26,112 bases of DNA. It comes from a virus (Duplodnaviria > Caudoviricetes). Where the stretch lies: IMG/VR virus record IMGVR_UViG_3300044504_000122, positions 1 to 26,112 of that record; one strand, given 5' to 3'. The notes beneath the pieces are model-generated. The model was given only the letters and a program-made list of their open reading frames with translations. It was not told the DNA's origin and did no database searches. Of this stretch, positions 25,375 to 26,112 are shown piece by piece. Made by a program: the position numbers and the translations under genes. The stretch's first letter is position 1, and every line of letters begins with the position of its first letter.

Positions 25375-26112
25375 TCAATAAATTAAACCGCCGCAATACC
25401 ACGTCAAAGAACCCTCGGCACCCAACAAATCCACCACTTTAGTGCCGCCTAAAAGTGCGCGAACGTAAGCTGTATCACCAGCATCCATATCTGCAAGAAC
25501 AGTTCCATGCGCCGCGTAAGACGAGTCTGGATTAGTGTTCATTTGATATGAATTCTCAAATGAAAATCTGTATGATTTGTTAGAGGTGGTCAACAGCGTT
25601 AAATAATTTGTGTGACCTGCATCTAGACCGTCCACAGTATTGTTAAAACACAGTAGATATATACCTGTTACTGGCGCTGTAAAATAACCGTTAGCCGTAT
25701 TGAAATTGCTTCGGCGGTCAATACGCTCGGCATTGTAGGGTATAGTGTAATATGCTGCGCCCCCAATCACATTGCTAACCGTGCCGCTTCTGTACGCATT
25801 AAAATACGGCTGGTAAGGTTTTATATTAGAACCTCCCGTGTACCAAGTTTCTGCGTTTATAGTTCCGTCATTTAGCACAAAATTAGCCGATGCGGCAGGT
25901 CGGCTATACTTCCATTTGAGAGTTCCAGCGGATTTCAATTGAAAACCAACTTCTTCGCTAGCAGGCGCATCTAATGATATTAAATTATCAGCAAAAACAA
26001 GTGAAGTATCAATATACATATACGTATAAAAATACGCATCAGCAGCACCACCCATAAAACTGCCTCCCGCATAACCCCCAGCAACATTTATTTTCCATTG
26101 GAAATTACTGCC
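25375..26112 (-). CDS. Tail fibre/spike with C-terminal C1q-like domain, 5' end outside the window
   Basis: The frame stays open to base 26112; PYFNAY...FNTANGYFTAPVTGIYL...DMDAGDTAYV..WYCGGLI is the C1q signature. Confidence 0.8.
   Translation of the reverse strand, partial: GSNFQWKINVAGGYAGGSFMGGAADAYFYTYMYIDTSLVFADNLISLDAPASEEVGFQLKSAGTLKWKYSRPAASANFVLNDGTINAETWYTGGSNIKPYQPYFNAYRSGTVSNVIGGAAYYTIPYNAERIDRRSNFNTANGYFTAPVTGIYLLCFNNTVDGLDAGHTNYLTLLTTSNKSYRFSFENSYQMNTNPDSSYAAHGTVLADMDAGDTAYVRALLGGTKVVDLLGAEGSLTWYCGGLIY

Overview
Phage (or prophage) DNA throughout: an AT-rich podovirus-like Caudoviricetes. From left to right it carries (i) a P22-type head module (coat and scaffold on -, portal and TerL on +, TerS on -); (ii) a repeat-rich non-coding control region (about 7.95-9.0 kb); (iii) an array of small early genes (9.0-14.1 kb), most preceded by one conserved leader (AAATTGGAGAYTAAAAAAATG), including a RadC/JAB gene and a TPR gene; (iv) a T7 gp4/Twinkle-like primase-helicase and a small HTH gene; (v) a strong sigma70-type promoter followed by about 250 nt of structured RNA containing a degenerate tRNA; (vi) SSB, Sak4-like ATPase and a PD-(D/E)xK nuclease; (vii) three tandem Imm5-like paralogues with Ala-rich variable repeats, plus a fourth in the early array; (viii) an apparent 1.4 kb IS607-family insertion that lacks tnpB and carries an MT-A70 methyltransferase; (ix) lysis genes and a C1q-domain tail fibre on -. 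Both edge genes are partial minus-strand virion genes, consistent with a late operon that leaves on the left and re-enters on the right of a circular or permuted genome (inference). The best candidates for new biology are the hairpin/tRNA-like/three-way-junction RNA, whose loop is complementary to the shared ribosome-binding sites, the tnpB-less IS607 methyltransferase element, the conserved-leader gene array with boxB-like hairpins, and the mosaic Imm5-like family. All family assignments come from motif recognition by eye; no searches or folding programs were run.
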